Origin: Malacoraja senta
Lineage: Eukaryota
Assembly: GCA_038087875.1 (NCBI GenBank)
Contig: JAXLNO010002965.1
Location: 1-64,000 of the forward strand
Reading direction: 5' to 3'
DNA: 64,000 bases
In this document: positions 1 to 14,304 of the stretch, piece by piece
Numbering within the stretch: position 1 is the first letter of the stretch
How the letters are laid out: each line of letters opens with the position of its first letter
Made by a program: the position numbers and the translations under genes
Notes under the pieces: model-generated
The model's input: the letters and a program-made list of their open reading frames with translations, nothing else
Database searches by the model: none
What the model was told of the DNA's origin: nothing

Positions 1-645
1 ACTTTCACTTGCAACTGCAGGAAATGCTACACTTGTCGCTTTATCTCCCCCCTTGACTCCATTCCAAGGGCCTAAGCAGTCTTTCCAAGTGAGGCAGAAG
101 TTCACCTGCCCCTCCTCCAACCTCATCTATTGCATCCGCTGCTCTAGGTGTCAACTGCTCTACATCGGTGAGACCAAGCGCAGGATTGGCGATCGCTTCG
201 CCCAACACCTCCGCTCAGTCCGCATTAACCAACCTGATCTCCCAGTGGCTCAGCACTTCAACTCCCCCTCCCATTTAGAATCCGACCTTTCTGTCCTGGG
301 TCTCCTCCACGGCCAGAGTAAGACCCTCCGCAAAATTGGAGGAGCAGCATATCATTTTTCGCTTGGGTAGTTTACACCCCAGCGGTATGAACATTGACCG
401 CCATTTTCAGGTAGTCTTTGCTTTCTCCCTCCTTCCCCTCCCCTTCGAAGCTCTCCCACAGCCTACTATTTCCACCTCTTCCTTTCTTCTTCCCGCCCCA
501 CACCCCCATATCAGTCTGAAGAAGGGTCTCGACCCAAAACGTCACCTATTCCTTTGCTCCATAGATGCTGCCTCACTGCTGAGTTTCTCCAGCATTTTTG
601 TCTACCTTGGATTTTTCCAGCATCTGCAGTTCTTTCTTAAACATG
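1..645 (+). mobile_element. Penelope-like element 3' fragment (GIY-YIG endonuclease plus terminal repeat)
   Basis: ORF 53-370 contains FTCPSSNLIYCIRCSRCQLLYIGETKRRIGDRFAQH (GIY-YIG with the CCHH-type Cys pattern of PLEs). It is followed by the ctgaagaagggtctcgaccc terminal repeat at 516-545. Confidence 0.85.
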
Positions 646-1050
646 TACTTGTTCCTTGTACTTTTCCTGAGTGTATGGTGGGGGTAATATGGAGTGAGCT
701 TTACCCAAAATCAAATGCGAGGTAAGAGTTGTTTAATTGTCATATGTATCAACAATAGAACAACAAAATTCTGACTTGCTGCAGCTTCACCTGCATGTAA
801 CTGCAATAACACAGAGATAATATAAAACAACCAATAAAACAATAAATTAATAACTGTAATACTGGACTATCATAATAGTGCAAAAAACTTAATTCATATT
901 ACATTCAAAGACAGTCCGTAGATGATCATAGATGCTGAAGTTAGTTTTGTGTGGTGTTGAAGAGCCTGATGATTGCTGAGAAGAGACTATTCTTGAATCT
1001 GGTTGTCACGGTTTTCAGGCTGCTGTATCTTTCCCTATATCTATACTTAG

Positions 1051-1356
1051 GGGCGGCAGGGTGGCGCAGCGGTAGAGTTGCTGCCTTATAGCACCAGACA
1101 CCAGGGTTCGATCCTGACTATGGGTGCGGTCCACACGGAGTTTGTATGTTGGGTGAACGCATGGGTTTTCTCCGGGTGCTCCAGTTTCCTCCCACACTCC
1201 AAAGACGTACAGGTTTGTAGGTTAATTGGTTTGTAAATTGTAATTTGTACCTAGTGTGTGTAGGAAAGTGCCAATGTAAAGGGATCATTGGTCTTCGCAA
1301 ATTTGGTAGGCCGAAAGGCCTGTTTCCATGCTGTATCTCTAAACTAAACTAAACTA
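1051..1356 (+). mobile_element. tRNA-derived V-SINE (HE1-like). Representative copy; others at about 1965-2272(-), 15609-15935(+), 27030-27325(+), 27380-27680(+), 28855-29150(+), 31720-32025(-), 38525-38825(+), 54620-54780(-), 60990-61195(-)
   Basis: tRNA-like head with A box (ggtggcgcagcggtagag) and B box (gggttcgatcct), V-domain (gggttttctccgggtgctccagtttcctcccaca), CR1-type tail ending in (ctaaa)n. Confidence 0.85.
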
Positions 1357-1402
1357 ATTCTGCCCTGAGAGTGTGTGCTTGGACAACGCAGACACAGCTT
1401 AA

Positions 1403-1720
1403 AGGCCCTGTCCCACTGTACGAGCTAATTCAAGAATTCTCCCGAGTTTCCCCTGATTCGAACTCGGAGAATTACGGTAATAGCCGCTCGTAGGTACTTG
1501 GGGCTCTCGTGGACTTTTTTCAACATGTTGAAAAATCTTCACGAGTCTTCACGAGCTTACCGCGTTTCCCGAGTACCTGCCGTTAGCGTTACGAGCCGCT
1601 AGGAGATGTCCCGAGCTCCGACGTACCCGCTACGTACCATCTACGTGCTTACCACGAGTTTGATTTTTTTTTAAAACTCGGGAGAGCTCTTGAATTACCT
1701 CGTACATTGGGACAGGCTTT
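1403..1720. mobile_element. Palindromic MITE, probably PIF/Harbinger type
   Basis: Long imperfect TIRs (aggccctgtcccactgtacgag ... ctcgtacattgggacaggc), TWA-like flanks, no ORF. Confidence 0.7.
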
Positions 1721-2499
1721 GAATTTTCTTTTTAAAAGGCAGTACATTGAGGCAACTGGCAGAATTGGTGCCCCTCTGCTACAGCAACTTGGATTCAATC
1801 CTGATCTCGGGTACAACGTGTATCATTTTCTTGTTCTCCCTATGACACGTGGATTTCCACCAAATGCTCCGTTCCTCCTATATCTCAAAGACATGCGAGT
1901 TGGTTGGTTAATTGAATTTTGTAAATTGCCCAGTGTGTGATTGGATGACAGATGTTGTCTATGTTTAGTTAGTTTAGAGATACAGTGAGGAAACAGACCC
2001 TACAGCCCACCGGGCCTGCACCGACCAGCGATCCCCACATTTTAACACTACCCTACACACACTAGGGGTAATTTTACCTTTTATACCAAGCCAATTAACG
2101 TACAAACCTGTACGTCTTTGGAGTGTGGGAGGAAACCGAAGATCTTGGAGAAAACCTACGCAGGTCACGGAGAGAACGTACAAACTCCATATAGAAAAGC
2201 ACTTGTACTCAGGATTGAACCCAGATCTCTGGCACTGTAATGCAGTAGCCTTACGACTATGCCACCATGCCATCCTTCAGCAAGGCCCCACATGGGTGGC
2301 TGGTCCATTAGGTTGGAAAACATGGGATCCAGGGTGAGCTAGTCAATTGGACACAAAGTTGGCTTGGTGGTAGGAGTCAGAGAGTGGTAGTGGAGGGTTG
2401 TTTTTTTTACATAGGAAGCCTGTGACCAGTGGTATGCCTCAGGACTGATGCTCTGATGTCATTCAGTCACACACAGTGCTCTCAGACTGATTAATGATT

Positions 2500-2650
2500 T
2501 CAATTTGCAGAAATGAAAGAGATGAAGGAAAGAGAGATAGAGCTGAGGGATGAGAGATGGAGAGATAAATAGATGGAGGGAAATAGGGAGATAGAGAGAG
2601 AGAGATATATAGTGAGATGGAGAGAGATGATAGATAGAGAGAGGGATAAT
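2500..2650. repeat. GA-rich low-complexity tract
   Basis: Degenerate (GAGAT/GA)n run. Confidence 0.8.
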
Positions 2651-3518
2651 GTGATTGATACTTGTTGAGAGCAGAGCTGAAAATAGGTGAGGTGCCCTTG
2701 GGAAAGTGTGGACACAGGATGTCTGGGGATGACCAGTTTATTAAATGGACTACAGTATGAAGCAAAATAGATCAATGTTAAGAGTTCTCAAGCCAGATAA
2801 GCAACACTAAGATGTGTTTTGTTATTCAGTCCCTGGATGAGTGGCAACTTGAATTTCTTGATTTTCTTTTCGGAGTTCAGAACTTGGATTAGAGTCTATT
2901 GTGCAACAAATCAGCTGAGCCCCTGGACAGATTAATGGTTGCCTGTTCAACATTCTGTACAACTGTAACACGACACCCCAACCCTAGTCCTCAGTACCAT
3001 GGCTGAGGAAACAAGGCACAACATATACTCTGTGTAGGAATGAACAGCAGATGCTAATGTAAACCGAAGATAGACACAAAAAGCTAGAGAGACTCAGCGG
3101 CAATATTTCTGGAGAGAAGGAATGGGTGACGTTTTGGATTGAGGCGATTCTTCAGACATATATTCCCTTCACTACCCTATCAAACTATGATGCCATTTTC
3201 AGGGAACTATGTAATTGTACACCAAGGTACAGCTCCATTTACAATCCTGCAATAGATTTGGCCAGTCATGATTTCAATTCCCAAAATGCATCAAATCACA
3301 CTTGTTTGAGTTAGATTTCAACTGGCATTCCTTCCCCCCCCCCCTCACCTCCCATCCCCTCACCTCCATACCTTTCCGGTTGATCAACATTATTTTGTAA
3401 TCTTAGATAACAATTTTCATTACCTAATATACTTATCAATTTTGTTGTCAACTCTGGCAAAGAAGAATCCAAAGATACTTTATGTACATTCAAGAATCAA
3501 TATTGTTTTATTGTCATA

Positions 3519-4035
3519 CCAGACCAAGTGCAGACCCGTTGGGTCTGCTCCCCCAACGCAATATTCCAGCACTCACCCGTTCCCCCAACGCAAACCGTTT
3601 GGCTTAAAAAAACACTTTAATCATGATGAGGGCAGGGGGTGTGGCACTCGGCAGCTTGAGAGCCCATCGTGATTGGTGCACTGGAGGGGGGTGGGGAGGG
3701 GGGAAGGAGGGTTGGAGCACTGGAGTGTCCGTCCCTCCTGGAGTGGCCCTGTCCTGCCTCGCGAGTGCATTGTGAAGTCACTTGGATTTTGTTTCCAAAA
3801 TGGAAGAGTTTGAAGAAATCAAACTGTTTTTAAAATTTAACGATTAATAACTTCGGAAATATAGGGGGAAATGTGATGGGAAGATGTTTATTGCCACCAC
3901 GGGAAAAATGTGAGTAAGATGTGTGAAAATAGGAAGGCTGTGGCCTAGCATTAGGAAGAAGACAGGAATTTACCAGATTGACACACAGACACATCGTGGG
4001 CACAAACAAGCCAAAGACTTTTAGTTATATAGAGA
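3519..4035 (-). mobile_element. Non-autonomous Helitron
   Basis: Minus strand starts TC(TC)TATATAACTAAAAG and ends with a perfect hairpin (gcagaccc-gtt-gggtctgc, 3530-3548) followed by CTGG. It sits between A and T with no TSD; removing it restores tttattgtcata|tgtcctagatagaac. Confidence 0.75.
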
Positions 4036-4559
4036 TGTCCTAGATAGAACAATGACATTCTTACTTGCAGCAGCACAACAGAATATGTAAACATAGTACA
4101 CTGTAAACAATATAAGAAACATGAAATAAAAATATCTGGGTGTGTATGTATACACATACTCACAAATACACATATATAGAGACCATATTCGTATATATAT
4201 ATACACACACACACACTCATATGTACACACAAAAAACAAACAATAATGGTGCAACAATAACAATAATAGTCTATGTAGTTAAGAGCTTGTTTAAGGCTGT
4301 AGTGTTTAATAGCCTAAAGGCTGTAGGGTAGAAGTTATTGCTGAACCTGACGTTACAATTTTCAGGCTCCTGTACCTTCTACCCTATGGCAGGGGTGAAA
4401 TAAGTGTGTGGCCAGGGTGGTATGGGTCTCTGATGATCCTTGCTGCCTTTTTGAGCTTCCTTCGATGGTGGGGAGGTCAGAACCCGTGATGGACTGGGCA
4501 GTGTTCACAAGTTTTTACAGTCTTCTTCGCTCCTATATTAAATGAATGAGGGTAACTTG

Positions 4560-5465
4560 ATAAAGAATAAATCCACTCAGAAAATAAAAGCTGTCATCTC
4601 TGTGAGGAGCTGCATGAGATGAGCAAGATTTTCAATGAGTATTTCTCCCCTGTTTTTACTGTGGAGAAAGATTTGAAGATGAGGGAGCTTGCAACAGGAA
4701 ATGGAGATGTCTGGAGGACAGTCCGTGTTATGGCCGATGATGTGCTGGACATCCTAAGACATATGAAAGTAGATAATTCACCCAGACCTGATCAGATATA
4801 TCAGAGGACACTGTGGGGAGCTAGAGAAAAAATTGCAAGCGCCCTGACTGAGAGATATGAATCATTGTTAGAAGGACTACAGGGCATAGCCTAGAAACTA
4901 TAAATCAGTGGGCCTACAATCTGCAGTAGGTAAGTTACTGGACAGGATTCTGAGAGATAGGGTAAATATGCATTTGTAGAGACAGGGGCTGGTCAGTGTG
5001 GTTTTGTACGTGGGAGATCATGCATCGCCAATCTGGTAGTTTTTGGAAAAAGTAACCAAGAAGGTTGATGATGATAAGGTCATAGACATTGTACATATGG
5101 TCTTTAGCAAGGCCTTTGATAAGTTTCTGCATGGTAGGCTGCTCTGGATGATTAGAGCTCATGGAATTCAGGGAGAACTAGCTGCCTAAACAAAGAATTA
5201 CGTTCATGGTAGCATAGGGTGATAGTGGAAGTGCTTTTCACACTGGAGGCCTGTGACTAGAGGTGTCCCTCAGGGATCAGTGCTGGGCCCATTGCTGATT
5301 GTGGTTTATATAAGCAACTTAGATGAAAATGTGCGGCATGATTAGAAACTTTGCAGATGACATTGACCTAGTTGGTATCATAAACAGTGAACATAGTTAT
5401 CAAAAATTACAGCTGGATCGTGATCAGTGAGACAAGTGGGCTGAAGAATGGTTAATGGAGCTTCC
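4560..5465 (+). mobile_element. Decayed CR1 (HER1-like) LINE ORF2 fragment
   Basis: Translations MSKIFNEYFSPVFT...DNSPRPDQIYQRTLW and degenerate RT motifs (DFSKAFDK-like, GVPQGSVLGP-like). Confidence 0.8.
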
Positions 5466-5469
5466 AGGC

Positions 5470-5990
5470 CTGACCTACTGACACTGTTGATCATGCCACC
5501 ATCGGCCCACAAAGCTTCCAGGCCATGTTTGCCGCCAACCTTTACCTGTACTCTAGCCACTCGTGGGCCCATTGACTCCGCCGATCCTCGCCTCTTCACC
5601 GGCCACCAGTCGGCCAAAGACATCAACACATGGTTTGCAAGCCCCTTTTCCGGCCTTGGGCCTCTACGCTGCTGGCCCCGACAATATACAGTAAAGCTCT
5701 CCGGGGTCCTTCCCCCCCGACTTCCTTCTGATACAGAACAGTCAGTCTTCAACTGAGGCCTTATCTTTGTATCCCTACGCCCCCACCTCAACAAATTCAG
5801 GGCTCACCATGATGTAGAGATCTTCTTCAGTTGCCTCCGCCTCCAAGCCTTTTTCTACGGGAAGGAGTCCTCACCTCCCGGTGAAAACACAGTCCTCCTT
5901 ATCCTACAAACCCCATCCTCTTTGACCCCCTGTGCCAGCCTTCTACCCTCTCCCGACCTGTTTATTTCGAACTGCTGGCATGACATATCT
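5470..5990 (+). mobile_element. Penelope-like element 5' ORF fragment
   Basis: Degenerate LPSDTEQSV...FVSLRPHLNKFRAHHDVEIFFSCLRLQAFF segment typical of the PLE ORF N-terminus. Confidence 0.55.
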
Positions 5991-7789
5991 CTAAACCAAA
6001 CTCAATTATGAACAAATGGTGATTCATTTCTAAGTCAGGATGGATCCCAGGTCAGGTTCCCACACATCTGCTGACCTTGTTGTTCTTGTGCTTGAGATGT
6101 TGAGTTTGGAATGTTCTGATGGACTAGATGACACGTATCTGCAGTGTGTTTTGTCACTGGTTGAAGCTTGTGGTGCAGTGAATAAATGAGGAAATGAAAT
6201 TGAGCATTGTGCAATCAACAACAGACAATCACTTTTGACTTTATAATGGAAGGAAGGTCACTAAAGTACCAGATCTTGATTATTGAGTACTCCACATCTT
6301 CCAGGCACCTAACATTGATTTACCTTGATTGGGTTACTTGGATCTGCATAAGGAATGGGAACAGCTTCAAACAATCTACTTGATTGTTGTTAATTAATTT
6401 TATTAATAATATCATAGAGTCATAGAGTGATACAGTTTGGAAACAGGTCCTTCGGCCCAACTCGCCCACACCGGCCAACAATGTCCCAGCTACACTGGTC
6501 CCACTTGCCTGCGATTGTCTAACTGTTTCTTAAAGGATAGGATAGTCCCAGCCTCAACTACCTCCTCTGGCAGCTTGTTCCATACACCCACCAGCCTTTG
6601 TGTGAAAATGTTGACCCTCGGATTCCTATTAAATCTTTTTCCCCTTCACCTTGAACCTATGTCCTCTGGTCCTCGATTCCCCTACTCTGGGCAAAGTCTC
6701 TGTGCATCGAATAACAGTTGATTGCGTTATCATTTCAATGTGTGCTGATCTTTCAGGAAACTTTCCAAGTCAATCCATGTTCACCACACTCATAGTCACT
6801 TTGAGGTAACATTGGCAGGGCAGGTTGTCCCTTATGGTAATCTTGATAAGGAATGTCTGGCCAAGTGTACAATGGCCAATTAATTCATGAAATCAGATTC
6901 AAGTTGGGGTTGTGGACCAGTGTCTGTTCCATGCAAGAATAATCCTGATATTATGAACTTTACACTAATACCAAACATTGTGGGCTAAACCCTGCAGCTC
7001 CAAACCGGTGCTGCCACCAAAGCAATAGGTTATCAGGTCAAGTTAAATCTCTACATTGTTTATAACTTTGGAGTTTTGATTTATGCAAAATGTTAGTGGA
7101 AATCAATACAAATTGTGTATTGTCTCAATGTAATCTATATTTCCTGTAGTCTTGTACTAAAGTATGATTGTCCTTGTGTATTGTAAATGTTTGACAGAAC
7201 TGTAGGCAAAAAGGAATTTCACTGAACCCAGGTATATGTGACAATAAAGTACCATTGAACCATTGAATCAATGCACCCACTGTCACTTGAATACATAAGC
7301 AGGTTATAGACAAGAATTATTTTAAAATTCATTTGCCCAGGTTTATGCACAGGTATGAAGTATTAATAGTCTCAGTTCAGTTTAGTTTATTGTGAAATAG
7401 TGAAAGCTGTTTACAGTGAAAAGCTTTTGTTGTGTGCTAACCAGTCAGCAGAAAGTCAATACATGATTGTAATCGATCTGAAGATAGACACATAAAGCTG
7501 GAGTAACTCAGCAGGACAGGCAGCATCTCTGGAGAGAAGGAATGGGTGACGTTTCAGGTTGAGACTTTCTTCAATTCTTCTCTCCAGAGATGCTGCCTGC
7601 CCCGCTGAGTTACTCCAGCTTTTTTATGACTATCTTCTGTTTAAACCAGTATCTGCAGTTCCTTCGTACACATTACAATCGATCCATTTACAATGTATCA
7701 CAGCAACTGGAGAAAGAATCTCATCCTTTAATCCCATTTTTTCCCTCAGTCCAACACACTGAACACAATGGAAATTAGCTGACTGACCG

Positions 7790-9060
7790 GAGATGTGTTC
7801 TCCATGACTTTGCACAACTCAAGCTGTGGAAGCTCTACAGAGCTGTAGATGTTGTGTACATGGATTTCAGAAAGGTATTCGAAAAGGCTCCGCATGGTAG
7901 GCTGCTCTGGAAGATTTGATCACATGAGATCCAAGGAGAGATAGCTGAATGGATAGCAAATGGCTCCATGGAAGGAAGCAGAGGGTGATGGTGGAAGGTT
8001 GCTTCACTGATTGGAGGCGTGTGACTAGTGGTGTGACTCAGGGTTCGGTGCTGGGCCCGTTACTGTTTGTCATCTACATAATTGATTTGGATGATATAAT
8101 ACGGGGCAAGATTAGCAAGGTTGCTGATGATAGAAAAGGGAGTGGTTTTGCAGATAGTGAAGATGGTTGTGAACGGTTGCAGGTAGACAATGGTTGTGAA
8201 CGATTGCAGCAGGATCTGGATCGATTGGCCAGTGGGCCGAGGAATGGTTGATGGAATTTAATACAGAGAAGTGTGAGGTGTTGCTTTTTGGGACGTCTAA
8301 CACAGTAAATGGTCGGTCTCTGGGGAGTGTTGAGAGGAGAGGGATCTAGGAGTACAAGTGCAAGGTTCCTTAAAGGTCGAGTCATAGGTAGATAAGGTGG
8401 TCAAAAAGGCTTTTGGCACATTGGCCTTCATCAGTCAGAATAATGCGTACAGAAGTTGGGAGGTCATGTTGCAGTTGTATAAGATGTTGGTGAGACCGCA
8501 TTTAGAATATTGTGTTCAGTTCTGGGCACCATGTTATAGGAAAGATATTGTCAAGCTTGAAACTGGTCAGAAAAGATTTACAAGGATGTTGCCAGGACTA
8601 GAGGGTGTGAGTTATAGGGAGAGGTTGAGTAGGCTGGGTCTCTATTCCTTGGAGCGCAGGAGGATGAGGGGTGATCTTGTAAGAGGTATACAATACCATC
8701 AGAGGAATAGTTCGGGTAGATGCACAGAGTCTTTTGCCCAGAGTAGGGGAATCGAGGACCAGATGACATAGTTTCAAGGTCAATGGGATAAGATTTAATA
8801 GGAATCCGAAGGGTAACGTTTTCACACAAAGTGTGGTGGGTGTATGGAACAAGCTCCCAGAGGAGGTAATTGAGGCTGGGACAATCCCCTCGTTTAAGAA
8901 ACAGTTAGACATGTACATGGATATGACAGGTTTGGAGGGATATGGACCAAAGGCAGGCAGGTGGGACTAGTGTAGCTGGGACATGTTGCCCAGTGTGGAC
9001 AAGTTGGGCTGAAGGGCCTGTTCCCAAACTGTATCACTCTATGACTCCATAACTAAAAGT
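7790..9060 (+). mobile_element. CR1 LINE 3' part (RT and C-terminal region, frameshifted)
   Basis: ORFs 7949-8251 (GVTQGSVLGPLLFVIYI...ADD) and 8397-8771 (LVRPHLEYCVQFWAP); CR1 3' UTR ending gggcctgttccc...ctatgac. Confidence 0.9.
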
Positions 9061-9600
9061 CATGGAAGGAAGGAGATAATTTTCATTGGAGATGGGTTGT
9101 ATGATGTGAAAGTGTTCATCGAATGTAAAATTTCTGTTTGCATTCGACTAGGTCAGTTTATCTTGGCATTACATTCGGCATATACATTGTGGGCCAAAGG
9201 GTGAGTTCCTGACCTGTAATATTCTGTATCTGATAGTCTACAAATCACACATTCACCCTGCCTCTGTTCCTGTACCTCTTCTGACTGATCTGTTGGGCTG
9301 AGACTCCAACCCCAACCTCTTACACAATGTGAGATTTGTGGAATGACAAATACATTTCCATCACTTAGTGACTGGAGCACCTCAGGCACTGGGCCAAGTG
9401 TTTGCTGATAAACTGTCCACTATTGCCTGGGTTCTTGAGTGAACAAGGAACTCTTTCAATACCTTCTCAACTATCTAAAAGATCAAGTAACAGGGTGGAA
9501 CGTAATTAATTCAATTTGGTTCATATTTATGTTATAAAATTAGATATGATAAATATAGATTAATTGCATAAATGTATCTGTCATTGATAAACTTGATCTG

Positions 9601-9755
9601 TTCACACCATTTTGAATCACATGCCCGTTCAAAAATTCCTCCATTCACACCATTCTGAATCACATACCCCATTCAAAAATGCCCCCACCAACACCATTCT
9701 GAAGCTTATACCCATTCAAAAAATTATCCATTCACACAATACTGATTCACATACC
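9601..9755. repeat. Minisatellite, about 44-bp unit, about 3.5 degenerate copies
   Basis: Repeated ttcacaccattctgaatcacatacccattcaaaaat. Confidence 0.7.
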
Positions 9756-11204
9756 AAATGTGTAGGAAGGAACTGCAGATGCCAGTTTACACGGGAGGCA
9801 GACACAAAATGCTGGAGTAACTCACAGGCAGCATCTCTGGAGAGAAGGAATGGGTGACATTGTGGGTCGAGACCCTACTTCAGACCAAGATGTGTTCAGA
9901 TCCAATAGACTACTTTTAAATTCTGTGCATTCACATTTCCATCCAAATCCCACTGACTCACATTTCAGTCAACATCTCCATTCTCATTGACATGCGATTT
10001 ACACATAGGCCAGGATGATTTTTTCCCCAAAGGATCTCAATCCAAAACATCACCCATTCCTTCTATCCAGAGCTGCTGCCTGTGCCTCTGAGTTACTACA
10101 ACATTTTGTGTCTATCTTCAGCTTAAACCAGCATCTGCAGTTCCTTTGTTTACATTAAGAATTCCTTGGACTTGTTTAGCATGGTTTGAACTCATTGTTT
10201 GAAAGCAGAATTCATTAACATTGTCCAATAGGGAGTGTGAGTATTTCTTGAAGTAAATGCCACAATTTGTTTGCTTTTCCTTGTGAAAGGCTGTGTTTGG
10301 TATTGGGTTTCCTGAATTCAACTGTAATCAATATCAGACTGACAGACAAAAAGCCTTGATCTCACCATTAACTATAGAGTAGCATGCAGTCTAGTTCAGG
10401 CTAGGCTGTGATGTCTCCCAGTAAATGGAAATAGCTCTCAAACATACCATGTGCAAACTGATCCTCAAAGTTCGGTCGTGTGAGAAAGGTATTGTAGAGA
10501 GTGTGTCTACTTACAGCTAAAGCAGAACAAGAGGTCAGTGCACTTGTATCAGAGAAATTGATTAAAACATTTTTAAATAACCTACGCCTTTCCAGAGAAT
10601 GCCATCTTGTAACAAAAGGCCTGTTATCAATAGATTATGAGAGGTGGCTGTTGATTGAATTGAATTGAATACTTTATTGTCACATGTGACAAGTCTCAGT
10701 GACATTCTTTGCTTGCATACACAAGGTATGGAAATATTTGCTCATAAAGGGCGTTTACAAAGTTACAAATCTCCGTCCCCCACGCCGGGTCCTCCTTTGC
10801 TCCTTCCCTCAGCAGCGGCGTCCTCAATTCCACGAGTCCGTTCTCGTCCATTGGTCGGCGCCATCATCGACCGCCACACTGGCCTTTTCATTAACGCTGC
10901 CGGGTCCTCTCCGGACACCTTTGTGGCACTGACCCAAGCCCCCGCTGCGGGCTCCATCCACCCAGGCAAGAAGTAACTGTGAGTTGTGTGCAAAACATTT
11001 TTTTCATGCGGTGTCAGCCACAGCATATCTCCATTCTCAGTCAGAGAGCCACGGGTCAATATCCCACCAAAGAAACACCAGTGGAATCTAGTGCTATACG
11101 GGACGTTCTGCAGAGTTTGTGATGCAATTTTACAACCACATGTTAAAACAAAATACTACCAGGCCGGCACAATGGCACAACTGGCAGAGCTGCTCCCTCA
11201 GTGC

Positions 11205-11755
11205 TAGAGAATATTGTGAGCAATTTTGGGCACTATATCTGAGAAAGGATGTCCTGGCTCTGGAGAGGGTCCAGAGGAGGTTTACAACAATGATCCCAGA
11301 AATGAGTAGATTAACCTATCATGAACATTTGTTAGCACTGGGTCTGTACTCTCTGGAGTTTAGAAGAATGAGGGGGGACCTCATTAAAACCTACAGAATA
11401 GTGAATGGTTTGGATAGAGTGGATGTGGAGAGGATGTATCCACTAGTGAGAGGGTCTAGGACTGGAGGCCATAGCCTCAGATTTAAAGGACGTTCTTTTA
11501 GGAAGATGAGGAGAAATTTCTTAAGGCAGAGGGTGGCAAATCCATGGAATTTGTTGCCACAGAAGGCTGTGGAGGCCGTCTGGATATTTTTAAGTCGAAG
11601 ATAGATAGATTCTTGATTGGTACAAGTGTCCGAGGTTATGGGGAGAAGGCAGGAGAATTGGGGTGAGGAGGAAGAGATAGATCAGTAATGATTGAATGGT
11701 GGAGTGAACTAGATGGGCCGAATGGCCTAATTCTACACCCATTCCTTATGACCTG
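11205..11755 (+). mobile_element. CR1 LINE 3' fragment
   Basis: EYCEQFWALYLRKDVLALERVQRRFT...LYSLEFRRMRGDL in ORF 11119-11604. Confidence 0.9.
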
Positions 11756-14304
11756 GCCTTGATCCTGCCCTCAAGTACTGTCCGTGTGGAGTTTGCACCT
11801 TCCCCCTGTGACTGCGCTGGCTACCTCCAGGTGGTCCAGCTTCCTCGTACACCACATGCTGGCTTGTTGCTTAATTGGCCTCCGTGAAGTCAAAATGTGA
11901 TGCATAAATGTGATAACTCTGAACTGGTGTGAACGGATGGTCAATGACTGGTGTGGATTCGCTGGGCTGAATGGACTGATATATATTTCAGCCCTCTAAA
12001 AAATAATCCCAAAACGTTATTTAAGGAATACAGGTTAATCCCAGAATCCTCATTGATATTTATCTTGCAGTTGATACCACCGAAGAACACAGATCATCTG
12101 TCGCTCATCACATTTCCCTTTGAATGAAAATTGAAAGCAGTGTTTGAGAGTGTCAGCTGTGAGGACAGGTTGGACAAACTTAGATCATTTGCTCTTGTGG
12201 AGTTGGAATATGAGGGGGGTGGGGGACACCTGATGGAAGTATATATAATTATGAGAGACACAGAGTAGAGAGGAGTAAATCTTAAATGATTTTTTACACA
12301 GAGAGTGGTGGGTGCTTGGAGCATGCTGTCAGAGGAAGTAGTGGAAACAGATATGATAGCAATGTTTAAAGGCATTTAAACAGGCATGTATGTGGTACTG
12401 CTCTATGTTTTATGTTAACTAATAAATTGATTTTGACTGTCGCGCCACACAGTGGCTCTTTTATTTTTTATTTTTATTATTATCTTGTTTATCTATTTAT
12501 ACTCTGTTTATGGGCCTGTTAGGCTGCTGCATGTAATAATGTAATTGTTCTGTTGTTGGAACATTTAATTAGACATTTCATTAAAGAAGCTTTCTCTTGT
12601 CTCTCTTGGGTCGTGACATGTGAACAGAGAGGAAATGAAGGGGTGTGTGGAAAGGAACAGCAGATGCCGGTTTAAACCAAAGGTAGACACAAAAATCTTG
12701 AGTAACTCAGCGGGAAAGGCAGCATCTCAGGAGAGAAGGACTGGGTGATGTTTTGGATCGATGCCCTTCTTCAGTCTGGATAGACAATGTGCAGGAAGAT
12801 GGGATTAGTTTGTAAAGGCAACATAGCCAGCACAGACGTTGTGATGCTAGGGCTTATCCCTGTGTGATCCTGCTCAATGTTCTCTGTTTATTCATTCAAT
12901 AGTGTTTACATTTCAAGAAATACTCAGTGGTTCTAAATGTTTTTAAAATGTTGTGAAAGGTTTTACAAGAATGAATCTATATATTTTACTTTTTTCTCCG
13001 TTTTTCATATTCTGATTTACATTGTAAAGAATCTCATTGTGTACGCACACAGAAACCAACCAAACAGTATCATACTTCAAGGCCAGAGTTTATGTTGCAC
13101 TTGAACCTGCAAACACCCTTGTTGGTATAACTTTATCAGTGTAACCATCTGTTGGCTTGTTAATTATTTGTTTATCGAAGCAGCTTGCTGTTAAATAAAG
13201 GTGATATATTTACCACAGCTTCTCACTATGTAGCAGATCTCCCCCCTTGTCAATCTTTTCCGAGAGTCTCCCTTCTTTATCTCTTTCCTTTGCTGCTACA
13301 TTTTCCTTGATCTCCATTCCCTTTGTCCTGTTTTCACATCTTACACGTCCTTATCTATACACTTCCTTATCTATCGACCTCCCATTCCCCTGACATCAGC
13401 CTGAAGAAGGGTCTCGACCCAAAATGTCACCCATTCCTTCTCTTCAGAAATGCTGCCTGTCCCGACGAGTTACTCCAGCATGTTGTGTCTATGTTCTGAT
13501 TGGATCTCTTGTTGTTTCCTTGCATTCTTATTTTGATTGTCATTAAAGTTGTTGGCGTTGCCTGTACTGGATCCCACCCCTGGCCCAAGACAAGCAACAA
13601 GACACAATGACATAAAAGTTAACATAAACATCCACCACGGCAGATTCCCACATTACTCACTGTGATGGAAGGCAAAAAAGTCCAATCTTCTTTCTTTTTA
13701 TTCTCCCGCGGTCGGGGCAGTTGAAGCACCTGTGTCAGGGCGATAGAAGCTCCTGTGTTGGGGTGGTCAAAGCACCTGCGGCTTGGAGCTCCCGAGGTCG
13801 GTCTCTGACCAGAGACCGCGAGCTCCGTGATGTTAAGTCCGCAAGCACCCACAGTTGGAGCTCCGAGGTCGATCCCTGGCAAAGAGATTGTGAGCTGCGT
13901 GATGGTAACTCCGCAGGCTCCCGTGGTGGAGCTGTCAAAAGTCGGCCTCCACCAAAGGACGGCAACTCCTGGATGTTAGGCTGCAGTGCGGACCGAGATA
14001 CGATACAGAAAAAAATCGCATCTCCATCGAGGTAAGATATTAGAAAAGGTTTCCCCCAACCCCACACCCCACCCCACGTAAAACAAGCTAAAGAACACTA
14101 AAAACATACATTTAACACATGGGTCAGCATCCTTGTTCTGCACAGGAGCCAGGACCCATGTCTGTGAGTGGATGGAGGGCCACATCTGTCACCATAGTTA
14201 ATAATTAATTCATTATAGTTTTAAAAAATCGTAACAAAAAGACAATTACCCCCGGGACAAATACGACTAAAGTGCAACACTGTGGCCGGAGCGGAATTGC
14301 TCAC

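Noticed and set aside
2830-2950. Minus-strand LICCTIDSNPSSEL resembling an Ig C2 'DSNP' motif
   Set aside because: Short, ends in a stop, has no convincing splice sites and no partner cysteine strand.
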